Positions 37,529 to 50,076 of a DNA stretch of 64,000 bases are shown here, piece after piece. Position numbers and translations under genes: made by a program. Location: NCBI GenBank assembly GCA_977016875.1, contig CDRNST010000015.1, positions 434,001 through 498,000 on the forward strand, read 5' to 3'. The notes under the pieces are model-generated. The model worked only from the letters and a program-made list of their open reading frames with translations. It ran no database searches and was not told the DNA's origin. This stretch comes from Pavona decussata. Lineage: Eukaryota. Positions within the stretch are counted from its first letter, which is position 1, and the number at the start of each line of letters is the position of its first letter.

Positions 37529-37797
37529 NNNNNNNNNNNNNNNNNNNNNNNNNNNNNNNNNNNNNNNNNNNNNNNNNNNNNNNNNNNNNNNNNNNNNNNN
37601 NNNNNNNNNNNNNNNNNNNNNNNNNNNNNNNNNNNNNNNNNNNNNNNNNNNNNNNNNNNNNNNNNNNNNNNNNNNNNNNNNNNNNNNNNNNNNNNNNNNN
37701 NNNNNNNNNNNNNNNNNNNNNNNNNNNNNNNNNNNNNNNNNNNNNNNNNNNNNNNNNNNNNNNNNNNNNNNNNNNNNNNNNNNNNNNNNNNNNNNNN
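37529..37797. other. Assembly gap
   Basis: Run of N. Confidence 0.99.
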
Positions 37798-37943
37798 CTG
37801 ATAACAATTTTCTTTATTTCCTTTTCAGCAGTAAGACTTTCTTTCATCTTGAAGTTTTTCAAATAATGCCTTAAATCGTATGCAGCGGCTCAGCTTTTGA
37901 AACTGATATCATTTGATGAATATCATGAACTAGTTTAATGCTT

Positions 37944-38090
37944 AGCTCCCACGAGTCTCTTGTAGCTCAGTGGTAGAGCATCCAAACTAGTTATTGGAAG
38001 GTCTTAGGTTCGACTCCTGATAGAAGCACTCGGATTTCCTTTTTCCGAGTATGCCTGTGTCATTCACTGAGTAATACATCATTATCATCA
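37944..38090 (+). mobile_element. tRNA-derived SINE (not a functional tRNA)
   Basis: A-box TAGCTCAGTGG 37963-73 and B-box GGTTCGACTCC 38007-17. D and T arms pair, but the acceptor stem is unpaired and the anticodon loop is 8 nt. (CAT)n-like tail. Confidence 0.75.
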
Positions 38091-39681
38091 TATGATAAGT
38101 CACAGTTTTATCGGAGAAATAAACCAATCACATGCAGCGAAAATATGTTACAGATACCTCCCTTTAAAAATGAACCTCCTTGTTTTCTCTCATTTTTTTA
38201 ATTTCATTAATTGAAACAGAATTCTAAACAAACCTACATGTTCATTCGAGAAATATGACCTGTAGAAATGTGGCATCGAAAGGGTAACACAACTGACAAA
38301 TTGAAGTTTATCCTAGCCTTGTCAAAATTGGTGCATCGTAGCTCAACTATAATTATCCTTTCTGCGAAAGTTTTAGTGCTAGCTTAGCTCCATACTGTAG
38401 CGGGTTGCTGAAAGAAGAGGTTTAAGTCTGCAATTTAGAGAGCTAGAACAGAAACTAATATCAAATTGATAAATTAAGCTAAACGAATTGTGAGAAAATC
38501 GGAGCTCTAAGCCCTTTCCGTCTGTCAGAGAACTTGTTAGTGCTATGCTTTATTTTTTGAATTAAACTCAAATTTACCGGGATATTTGGCTTGTAATTTC
38601 TGTAAAGTCAAGTGTATGGTCACATACAAAAGGGACATGCCTGGAAATCTAAGCTTTTGATTACCTTCGTTTTCGAGGCTGCACGAGCAGGCTAAGGTGC
38701 AGGATGGAAAGGCAAACTGACCCCTCGAACGTTACTAGCTTTCGTTTTCAATATCGCGGAACAAACCACTTTTTTTCACTAGATTCTCCAAATTATATCT
38801 AGGGACAGAAAATTCGGATTTTTCCTGCTTTGCGTAAGTTTTGTTAAATTTCTTGCCATTTTGTACGCATTTTTTTAGCACAGAGTGTTGTTACAAAAGG
38901 TTTTCGTTATTCTGAGGTCATTTTAACATTCCTCAAATGTTGCGCTGTCAGTTTTGAATCCTGGGACGAGGTTAAGAAAGGCTGGCTAAGTTTAGAATCC
39001 ATTTCTTGGCAAAAACACCTGATAAAAGTCTCTAAGATTTTTGGGATTTGACTATCCTGCATGAGTGTACATATCATCGGCAGTAAATGCAGGCAATAGA
39101 TATAGAAAAACGCAGTCTACGTCAGGTTAATTAACTCGATCAGATTGTCTTCTTCAGTAAAGTGTGGTGAAACCCACCTTTTCACATTTTGATGCCCGTT
39201 TCGCCTTTGGAATTTAAATTTCGGGAACCGTTATTTTCTTTCATTGTAGTCCTGATCTTGAAGAACATCCGTTGCAATATGACTTTGGGGGATTATTAGT
39301 TTTCCCTGAATCTCTTCGTGGTAAATTCCGGTATATTGAAAATGACGTAGACATACAGTGTTAAATATTGTGAAGTAAAAACTGAACTGACATGTGTCAT
39401 TTTATTGGCGAAATAAGCTCGATTGTTTGGAATTGATTTAATTTTCACCTTTTTTTTTACTGTTTTTCTCCTAACCTCCCAATATATTTATCGCTGTTTT
39501 TATATAAAAAAGTTACATATTGGGATAAGCTATGCAAACTTGTGGATGCGAAAACTTTCCAAGAGCTAGCTACAGCTTGCTAGCCTACGGAAGGAGACGC
39601 CTTTTCTAGCTACAGATTTATTGTGTGACTGTGCGGAAATCAGAACCTCAGAAATATGAGTTTTAATTTTAATGCAAATAT

Positions 39682-39770
39682 GGGGCGCTTTTCATTAAGC
39701 TTAAATTATCGGTTTAAAATTTCGGAACTTTTGCGTGTCAAATGGATTTTGGCTTAATGGATGCGTCCCG
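39682..39770. mobile_element. Tiny Harbinger-like MITE remnant
   Basis: GGGCGCTTTTCATTAAGC / GCTTAATGGATGCGTCCC imperfect TIRs. Confidence 0.4.
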
Positions 39771-42700
39771 TCAGTATACTTATAGATAAATGTGAAAGCA
39801 TGTTCTATTTCTGGCATATCATGCATATTTATTATGTCATAGATTTTGCGTCAGACCGAACAACTTCCCGGCGAGTGAAGACATGCGAAGAAGGAATGTG
39901 CTCTTGATAAGTTCCCGAGAAGCGACTGAGAGGCTTTGGGAAGAAGCCCTTGCTTTAGTTAAGCAAATGGTGAGTACATTTGCCAGTGGTCTTCAGTGCT
40001 CAAACTTTTCTAACAAACACGTCCTGGAGTTTGGTCCCGTTGACGCGGTTCAGTTAATGGCGTTTTCCATACCACATATAATTTATAATTTTTATTTTAC
40101 CACATATAATATAAAATAATTTGTGAACGTTTAATTTGCAACAATAACATTTCAAAAGACTGTAGAAAAGTTCAAGAAGATGTATACTAAATGTCTGGCC
40201 ATTAAATAAAACATTCAATCGATCTTGCTTGCAATTGTTCCCTGAATCGTCATTTGCTTTTTACTCCGGACTAATTTGCAAATGGTCCATTGATGTTTTC
40301 CAGTGGTGGGATGAAAATATGGCACATTTTATTTTGTCTGGCACTTTTTCACTTCGAGAAAAAACGGCAGACTCGAATTGAATTGAATTTAACAAGGTTT
40401 TATTAAAATTTAGTTTCTAAATTCCAATTTTTCCATGATCGCCTGACTGATTGCATTTGAATTCGTTGGAGCGCTTTAGCCGTGTAAAGAAATCACTTCG
40501 TAAAATTAATTTAGTGTGGTGGTTAGATAGAATTTCCCTGGTTGTAAGTTTAATATCGGAGAGAAAACTCACCATATTCTTTATTTCATTTGCAGTGAGG
40601 ATATTTTCACAAGAAGGAACAATGCACAAGAGAAAGAAATGGACTTTGGGCGCGGCAGGAAACGGAATAAAGATAAGAACATTTGTTTTATTTTAAAAAT
40701 TGCCTTTGATAGATTATGGTTGTATACGTAAAAGTTAATGGCAATTCGCGAAAAATGTGTTCTAAAATACTTTCCTGTCTTGGATGTTTTTGCTTTTGCA
40801 TTGAGCACGTTTGGCTCCTGGAAAAATTGATAGGCCTAAAATACTGAAGCTAGAAAATTAAGCCGCCTTTTTTTTTTTTTTTTTCTGAAAATCATTTAAA
40901 TATAACAGCCATCATCTTGGAGAGGGAATTTAAAAATACTGCACGTTGACTTTGGGCGACCATTCCACGCTGACATTCTTTTCTGAGTTTGCTAGATAGC
41001 ATCTTTGAATTTTTGGTGGATTTGATATTCAATAAAACTTGAAGCTTCGCATAGGTTTTTCAGTTTTTTTAATAATTAGGGTTTATTGTTAAATAGGTCA
41101 AGTTACTTGATTTTATTGGTAAGTATGTCATTCAAATAATCGCTCGATGTCAACGTTTGCAGGGGTTTCTTATCAATTACAATTGTTAATCTGAGGTGGA
41201 ACTGTTAGCTATTATGGTTACGAAAACGAACATTTACTGGCTCGCGGTCACTAAAAGCTACTAAAGTTTTAAAAGAACTGATTGGTCAAAACTGAATCGT
41301 TATAAAGCTCTCTTTACTAGCTACTAGACGGACAGCTTCTTAGAAGGGGGTGTGATTGTGTGTGGGTGGGGTGGGGGGGGGGGAGTGGGGGCAGGTGTTC
41401 TCCTATCAATGAAAATGAGGACTGGAGGACAAAATTGTTAAGATCCTCCAATATTTTCAAAATTTTCCTTCTTCTTTCGGTGTTTCTGCCTCAGATTGCT
41501 ACTTTATAAAAAGAAAACAACAAACCAGCAAAAATGGGAAAATTCTTTGTGATCCCTTTCGTAATGGACAAGATTGGATATATAAGCTCACCAAAACAGA
41601 TTAAAAAAAAACGACTGATAAAAAATGCGAAAGGTTGCTAGATGAGCTATACAGAAAGAAATTTAAGAAACAATTATGACTATTATCCAATTGCCTATTT
41701 TATCTCGTACGAATCGAAAATTGATTAAATTATATTCAAGGGAAGAAATAAAATTTAGGGTACCTCCAATCTTCAAAAGCTTATTTTCCTGTAATGTGAT
41801 AGATATTTGTTGTTTTTTTTTTTTACTTAAAACTTCCTAAAACCACCTGCCCATTAAAAAGAGCATTGCACCTTTTTCAGTTGTGAAACCAATTGCCGGT
41901 TGGGAATTAGAGCGTCGAAATATAAATCGGTGTTCTTTTTTGAAACGCTTGGTCATCCAGAGTATGTGGCTAAAATTGCTTTGATATCCAGACAGTATTT
42001 GTTTTTACTTTTTGGCGGGGGGGGGGGGGGGAGAAAGGGAGGGGGGGCTGGGGCAGGGGAGGAGAATAGCACCCTCTATTTTGATTGAATAAGCCAAAGT
42101 TTAATACGTCAATTATGAGATTATAGCTTTAGATTTGGATCAGCTTCTAACTGAACTGATTTTCCATGATACCTGACAGTTCCACCTTAACTGCTTGTTG
42201 CTGTTAAGGGAACACAAGGCTTGAAAAGGGGTTCCTTATGGAAAGGAAAATGGACATTGCCAAGGAGTTACCGAAACATATCAATTTCAGTTTTTCTGTT
42301 TGTTTAGTTGTCGTCTAAACAAGAAACACGATTTGTTGAAGAAGAAAGGCTTTGAATATGAAACTACTTGAACGATTTTAGCAAATTTCTTTCATCATGT
42401 ATACATTTTGGGTAGGAAACAACGAAACGCTCCTTCAATACCTTGCGTTTTCTTTACATATAACAGATAATGGTTGAAATGATGTTGAAAAAACGGTTTT
42501 ATAACATTCTTCATTTCTATGAGATTTAATTGTTCAAGGTTTTCGGTACGCCTGTGCCAAAAATCGTATAGGGTACAACAGAATGTTGAATTTATACATT
42601 GCCAAGTAAATTGTAAAATAAGACTATATGAGAAATAAATGAAAAGAACAGTTTTCAGGGTCAGTAGAGTTTTGATCAAGGTACCATGTTTGTTTGCCTT

Positions 42701-45136
42701 TTTTAACCTAAATTCTTTTGAGCTGTCTCGGCAAAGGTATGCAAGCTTTTGCCTATATTTCCATCGTAAAAAACAGGTAAAATCCATTATTTTTAACCAG
42801 ACATCTGTAGTGTATCTGATGTATAATAGTGTTCAGAGCCTTGTTTAACTAATTCAGTGTTATGTGGGACGAGACATTTACACATAAATCGCATATTTTA
42901 TTTTCAATATGAAGTTGAGAATAAAGAAACGGAACGCTACTAAAGAAAAGTAGTTTTCAGTTGCTGTTTGAAAACCAAATCAAAGAAGCTTTTTATATTG
43001 GCCATCAAGTAACGTTCAGTGACAAACATCTTTCCTTGACAATTTAGATACAAAATTGGCTGCAAATAAATAATTAATTATGCGGGTTAATTATAACTCT
43101 GGACAATAGGCCATTTTGATGCTGTTTTCCTTTTTAAATTCAAATTTTTCGATCCCAGTTGTGAGCAAATATCAATAGCTTTGAAGGGTTTCTGATAGTT
43201 GGAGTAAAATGGAGTAAAGTGTTGGACAAGGTCTTAAAAAGCAACATGAAAATCTGGGCGATTCTGCAACAGTTTGTCCTAATGGAAAGAATACTAATAA
43301 TCGAAATCAATCATTTAAAATTTTTTTCCTATAGAGACCATCAAAATAATTTTCCCTATTGCAAAATGTCACCTTGAACATTCATGAGTCTTTATTTACT
43401 AGTTACCATCACAAGGCGTGTATGATTTGCAAACTTGTGGCGGTAAATACAATTTGATGTATGTTAACATTAGAAAAAGAGACATTAACTAACATTTTGG
43501 CACAATATTTTTCACATACTCTAATTGTATTTGTCAGTACAAGTCTGTAAGCGATAATTAATTAATTAATTAATTAATCAATTCATTAACTAAAGAAAAT
43601 GAGAAAATAAAAGACAAGAAATTGAAACATCGGCTTTGTGTGAGTGTAACTTTTATCGTCTCTTTTCCTTGGTAAATGTACAATATTGATATATTAACTA
43701 GCCTAAGTAATAAACACAATAATATAAATTTGACCTTAAAAATTAAAAAAAAAAACGCCGCATCCGTATTTTGAGTGCCCGTATTTTTTCTAAGTATTTT
43801 GGCGGGAAAATTCATCGTTTTCCACGGCGATGTTAACAGCACGGAAAATTTAAAAAAAGGGCGCATGCGTATTTTAGACGCCCGTATTTTTTCTAAGTTT
43901 TTGGTGGGAAAATTGTGAAAATTTAAACAGCCCATTACGACTAAAATCAAAATATTTAGCGGTTTTTTCTTTTTGGACAAAACGTCTACTAAATTTTCAC
44001 AATGTGTTTAGAGGATCAAAAAATCAAATAATGATCAACTGTCAGGGGTTTCGACGTGTAAAACTCCCTTGGAAACCTAAAAAGTGTCTAAGGGGACGTT
44101 TTTGGACACACTGATTCGATTGGAAGCTTATAAAAGAATATTTGTATTTCGCCTATGGTTTTTGGCCAAACATGACCAAATTTTGAAGTCCTCATTTTTC
44201 ACTTGTGTATGTCCCTAGGGATCTCTGCATGTCGTAAAACTCCCTTGGAAACCTAAAAAGTGTCTCAGGGGACGTTTTCGGACACACTTATTTGATTGGA
44301 AGTTTTGAAAAAATATTTTTATTTCGTCCAGGAATTGACTTTCTTCCAAGTGGTAAGGGCATGGTTTTTGGCCAAAACTGACCAAATTTTGAAGTCAGCA
44401 TTTTTCACTTTTTTATGTCTCTAGAGATCTCGGCGTGTCGTAAAACTCCCTTGGGGATTATTTTAAAGTGTAAGTAACGCCCTGACCAGGAACTTTCTGC
44501 TTAACCCTTACCCTGACTCCATCTCTTGTGGGCTATTTCTCTGTCCCTGGTCCCTTGGGAGGCCTTAAAAGTGTCTCAGGGGACATTTTCGGACACACTG
44601 ATCCGACTGTAAGCTTTTAAAAGAATACTTGTATTTCGTCCAAAAATCGACTTTCTTGCAAGGGGTAAGGGCATGGTTTTTGGCAAAAAAATGACCAAAG
44701 TTAAAGTCGGCATTTTTCACTTGTTTATGTCCCTAGGGATTTCGGCGTCATAAAACTTTGATTGATATTTACACATAATTAATCATATGTAAATATCTAT
44801 CAGCATTGCGGAGCAGCAATGATTCAAGATAATCTGGGAATTCAGTAAAGAATACATTTGTAGTGACAGGATGGCTCTCAGAGTCACGGGGTGGTCTGTA
44901 GTTAATTGCGATGCGAATGCTATACCAGCCAGATTTAATAATCCATTCTGAGAATTCATACGAATATCGCACAATTACACCAGCGTCAATCATTTTTACA
45001 TTCAGCGACTCGTGATCGATGATTCCAGTCCCCCCTTTACGGTGATCTGATCTCGTGCGATCTAAGATTTTGTAACCATTGGGGCAAAGCTCAGCTCCTA
45101 CTGAAGAGTCTAGATCGGTTAGCCAGTGTTCCGTAA

Positions 45137-45880
45137 AGGCTGGTTTCTTTATGATCGCGGATAGCAGATCGCAGATCGCAATAAGGTCTGCGATCGTCTG
45201 CGATCATATGGAAACATACTCCTGCGATCCTGCGATCACGATCACAGACGATTGCACTCGATTGCAGAAGATAGAACCATGTGCTATCTCCTGCGATCGT
45301 CTGCGATCATCTGCGATCATTTGCGATTTTGCGATCATATGGAAAGCAAAGTTTTGCGATCCGCGATCGAAACGCATCCCATAATATTTCGAGTTCTTCC
45401 CACGATTCAACGCTCGTGTGTGCGGTCTACGTTATAAATGTGTTTATTATCGCAGTCGCAGAGATTTTAACGGCAAGAACAAAAAGGCCAGCTATTGGGA
45501 CAAAATCGGGCAGAAGATTCATTTATCGGCCGAGGAAGCGAAGGCCAAATTTCTCCAACATAAGAACTGCATACGGTCGTTATCGAATCCAAAACCGATG
45601 TTTCCGACCGTTTTAGAGCTGGCGACGACTAACTTAATCATGACAAACAAAAGAAGTAAATTTGCTTGCAGCAAAATTTCCGCTCTTCCACGTTCGCGAT
45701 GTTGTTTGCTTTTCAGCCTACACGCGCGTGTATATTTGATCTTTTCGCTGACCAAAATGTATGCCTACGGTCGGCTCTGCGATCGTTGCGATTATATGGA
45801 AACAGCCTTTTTTTGCGATCGTCTGCGATTGTTTGCGATCTGCGATCTGCGATCGTCTGCGATCATATGGAAACCAGCCT
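45137..45880 (+). mobile_element. Same Harbinger/MADF element in copy B
   Basis: TAA TSDs at 45134-36 and 45881-83, same TIRs. Confidence 0.9.
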
Positions 45881-47901
45881 TAAGATTAATAATGGCAGGT
45901 GTATGATCGCAAATATATTTTGCCAGGAGCCTCTGTTCCATTGGAGTTGTTAGATTCTCTCTATTGTGTTCATTTTAACAATAGTTATGGAGTTGGATCT
46001 AATAAATCATTGTGCCTGTTGAATTTGGACGCTGGAATTAAGGTTTTTCTCTCACATTCTCTCGTGTGGATATGCAAAACAAAGATTCGCACTTCTTTCA
46101 TTAACCAAGGTCAAGTCAACAAAGGAGCTTTGTACGCAAGTCTTTTATTAACGCCGTTAAAGTATCCATTTATTAACTATTTAAAAGCTGTAACATTGTA
46201 GTATTATAAGAATTGTAATGCAAAGCGCATTTGATCATATAGCCATGTATTTTGCGCTATATAAATAACAAAGTTATGTTTTGTTTATGTTTAATACGTA
46301 AAAATGACAGTTTTCAAAATTTGGTGGAAGTGCCGAATATTCATCAATCATGCCAGTGAGCGCGTAAAAAACGCTTGAAACGATGATCTTAACTCGTCTC
46401 CTCAAGGACTTACCACCAATTTGAAATATATGGTTGAAACTGACTTCTCGGGTAAAATTGAAGTTTAAATATGTAAATATCTATCAGTATTGCAGAGAAT
46501 ATTTTTGTATTTGTACTCTAAAGTTTAATGTTTTCTACTCAGCCAGGAGAATTTCCTGGAGTTGTCCCCAATGCTTCAGTTTACAGCTGTAGTTTAGTAA
46601 AGTTAGACGGAGGGGCTTTTAAAAACAAGTACAGGGTTATGAAATGTCATTTTCGCATTCAAAGTATTTAAAAATTATATAGTTTCGTCGAAACCGAACT
46701 GGACTTTTGCTTCTATTTTCCATATAATTATAAGGTAGTAGCCCCACGCAAATTTGCGTATATCCGCGCGGGTTTATGACGTGAAGGGTGGCGCATATTT
46801 TTTTTTCTAAAAATAGATTTTTTGGTACAAGACATGGGGACGCGTGGACCCCATGCTTACGGTCTCCATCCCTGATTATGGCTCCTGGTAGTACTCACCA
46901 CTAACAGTAAAACAACAACAACCTAGAAATGCGTGGCCATTGCAGTTATGTACTGTAAATGACTTAAACAGCTGCGAAAAGAAAGCCTTAACAACGTTAG
47001 CGATTGAACGAGATTCGAACCAATGACTCTGCGATACCTTAATTAACTGAGCTGTAGTACTGGCTGCGGGAATAGCAGCATTATGCGGGTGCATCATACG
47101 TGGAAATCCTCCATATTACGCCTAAAATACTGGGAGCTGCACATTTTCTGAATTTGTGATTGGCAAGATACCCATAGAAGTGAGGAGATGTCAGTGAAAC
47201 ATTTGAATTTCAATCATAGAGAACAGTATTGTTGGAATACTTGCAGTAACAACAGTTAGAAGTGAGTGTCTGCTTGCCGCTCTTGATAGTCTTAAGAGAC
47301 CCTCGCAGTTCTCATTGTTTACCATATTGATCGCGTAAAAAAAGAAAAAACAACATTAACAGCACTGGTTGGCATGTGATTAGTGTGGGAGTAACTACCT
47401 ACGCCATTGTGAAATTGCACTTGTTTGACTTTAATGTAATATATTAAACACGAGGTAGAGTGTTTCAAGCCATTTCCAAACACCGAGAATTTGGTTGAAA
47501 AAGAGGCGGTTGAGGGAGAGCGGAGGTCCTTGTATTACGACAGCCGTGGAAAACTTGAAGCTAGCATAGCGCAAAAGTGTTTGTACAAAAACCCAAATAT
47601 TCTACTGTGGACAGATTTCAAGTTCCCGTTGAATGGAGCCATTTTTAACAAAAATGTTTATAACTGATAGTTAAAACGTTTCTCTGGTTGTAAAATTCAT
47701 TAATTATTCATCAAAGTTATGACCAATCAATACGGTAGAATTTAAGTCACATGTACACCTCTGTAAACCCCAATACAAATCAATGAATTATTAGACGGTA
47801 GAATTAGCTTTTGGTACAAGCCCCTGCTCAACTAATTAGTATTCATTAACTTTCGTTACAGATCTCTACTGATTAAAATTCTAAACACAATACATTCAAT
47901 T

Positions 47902-47945
<44 letters not shown>

Positions 47946-47954
47946 GATATCTGT

Positions 47955-47991
<37 letters not shown>

Positions 47992-49677
47992 ATACTTAAA
48001 AATATGTAAACGTATAAAAAATCAAATGCTTACAAAAAAAATAAAAAGAAAGAAAGAAAACGACCCCGTTTAGCTGTTCCAGGCGAGGTCTGTGATTGGA
48101 AAACGAAACAATAGGTAATAGGATATGAAACAATAAACCCTCGTCTGAGAACAATAGCAGCTACAGGATGTAGGGACCAGTAAAAATAGAAGTCTGAAAG
48201 AGCTACGGGACGACCGAAAAAACACAACTTTTCGGCCAAAACTTCAGCCTTCATCAGAGGAAAGCGATAAGAATTTACAAAGTCTTGTCTCAAATGGAAT
48301 GGATATGCACGTGCTTGTCAACAAGGCAAACATGCGGAGAGCAGCGAACATTTTGTACCCACCCAGAAAGCGGCTTCGTGGGGAAATACATGGCTGAAGG
48401 CTACAGAGATGCTCTATAGTACATCAACAATAGCCAGCTGAATTATAGAATTTTTGGCTTCACACTAATTACTGTGCACTGTTCACAGTGCCCTTTTTTC
48501 TTTGGTGGGACTTTTGAGACTTGTACGCTTCGATCGAACTCCCACCATCTTCGTTGTAACGGCGAGTATCAATGGCTTCTGATGCTCTCCATAGGATGAT
48601 CGAAGGCCCCTGGCAACAACCATAAGAATTTCAATGCCGTGCTTGTTGTCCCCACTAACGACACCAAGTACACGAAAGATTCCGTAGGACCACACTTCTG
48701 CATGATATGGGCTGCAGCGTTGAAACAACGGTTCCTAATAAACCGCCCAAATAAAATTCATGATGTTGTTGCGCGGGGCGGGTCAGTTGTTCCTCGGTAA
48801 ACGACCTGGTGTGTCAGGAATTCCTGCAGCCAGTTTCCGGTCTGCGAGGATTGGACGGAAATTACTAGTTATATCAACTTCATAGTGAAAGGTTAGGAAG
48901 CTCTTTATTCTTCCACTTGTTATGGTCAGCAATGGCAACCGTGGTCTTTTCCAGTATACAAATAGATATTAGAGCCTAATTGAACCTTTCCTTAATTTTT
49001 CGTCATTGCCGTGCAAAGTAGCTAAGAGTAGAAATCAAAACAAAAACAAAATAAATCATTCATGGACAGTACAATATTCTGCGTTATCTTCCATCTGAAC
49101 AAATATTTCTGTATGAAAAACTACAACTGCTAACAATTAAGGGATTCATGATCCGATATTCACGCCATGTTAAAATGCGCGTTACAAGTATTAAGTATTT
49201 ATTTTTTATTTATTTTATTCATAATCGTGCTATCACTATTTTCTTAACTTTGTCTATATTGCCATATTCTCTTATCATAAAATACTGTGCTCTAGTAAAG
49301 CGTACATCAGTCAATTGAGTAAAACTGATCGTCATACTGTATTGCGCTAAAACAAACTGATTGCGGTCAGACAATATGTTATCTGTCTCCGTTATCCTAA
49401 ATGGGCTGACTTCTCGGCTATGATTATTGGTATATTTTTCTCCTTAAAAATCAAAAGGAATGATTTTCTTCCTTTAAGGCCTTAAAGGACAATACAGTCA
49501 AAAATAGAACGTTGTGGCTTAACTAAATCTCTCTCTCTCTTTTTTTTTTTTTTACCAACAAAATTTTTGCACTAAATAACAAATTGGGAAAAAAGAATCA
49601 ACGTACTAAAAGTTTGTGATTACGGTTCAGTCAGGCAACAAATCGCTTGCTCCTTCCTAATAATCAGTGACGTCACT

Positions 49678-50076
49678 TCATGCCTGAACTTTGTGGCAAA
49701 TATTTCCGATGTACTTGACATCCACGTATTTTCCTCTCTCTTCATGAATGACAAATGCAATTTTCAGTCCACATTCGGGACGCTTGCATTCACCAGCCCC
49801 TCTGAAAAACGGTGCAGAGTGCCTCTTACGGGAATTGGCCGATCTCACGTGGTTGTTCTTGAAGCGCAAATCGCACCATGGGTTGCTATTCTTCACTTTG
49901 ATGGAGAAGATTCGGGTCCAGTCCCCACCTAGCAATCGCCCACCGCTAGGAAACGTACTGAGGGGAATCCTATCCCAGTCCTCCTTAGCGAGCTTGAATC
50001 GGGTTAGCTTCCCATTCATGGCCCGTCGGAAATATTCTTCTTCCTCAGAATCGTCAGAGTCTGGATCATCTTGGTT
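49678..50076 (-). CDS. Terminal coding exon, copy B (acidic linker + Cx4C...H domain)
   Basis: Acceptor TTCTTTGCTATAG, open to TGA at 49678. Only 6 substitutions versus copy A in 399 nt (3 synonymous, 2 R/K, 1 E/Q). Confidence 0.8.
   Translation of the reverse strand, partial: NQDDPDSDDSEEEEYFRRAMNGKLTRFKLAKEDWDRIPLSTFPSGGRLLGGDWTRIFSIKVKNSNPWCDLRFKNNHVRSANSRKRHSAPFFRGAGECKRPECGLKIAFVIHEERGKYVDVKYIGNICHKVQA

Noticed and set aside
37956-38030. tRNA gene
   Set aside because: The acceptor stem does not pair, the anticodon loop is 8 nt, and it is followed by a SINE-like body.
41345-42063. G-rich tracts (possible G-quadruplexes; also ~27400 and ~31418)
   Set aside because: Poly-G runs are common low-complexity features and have no supporting context here.
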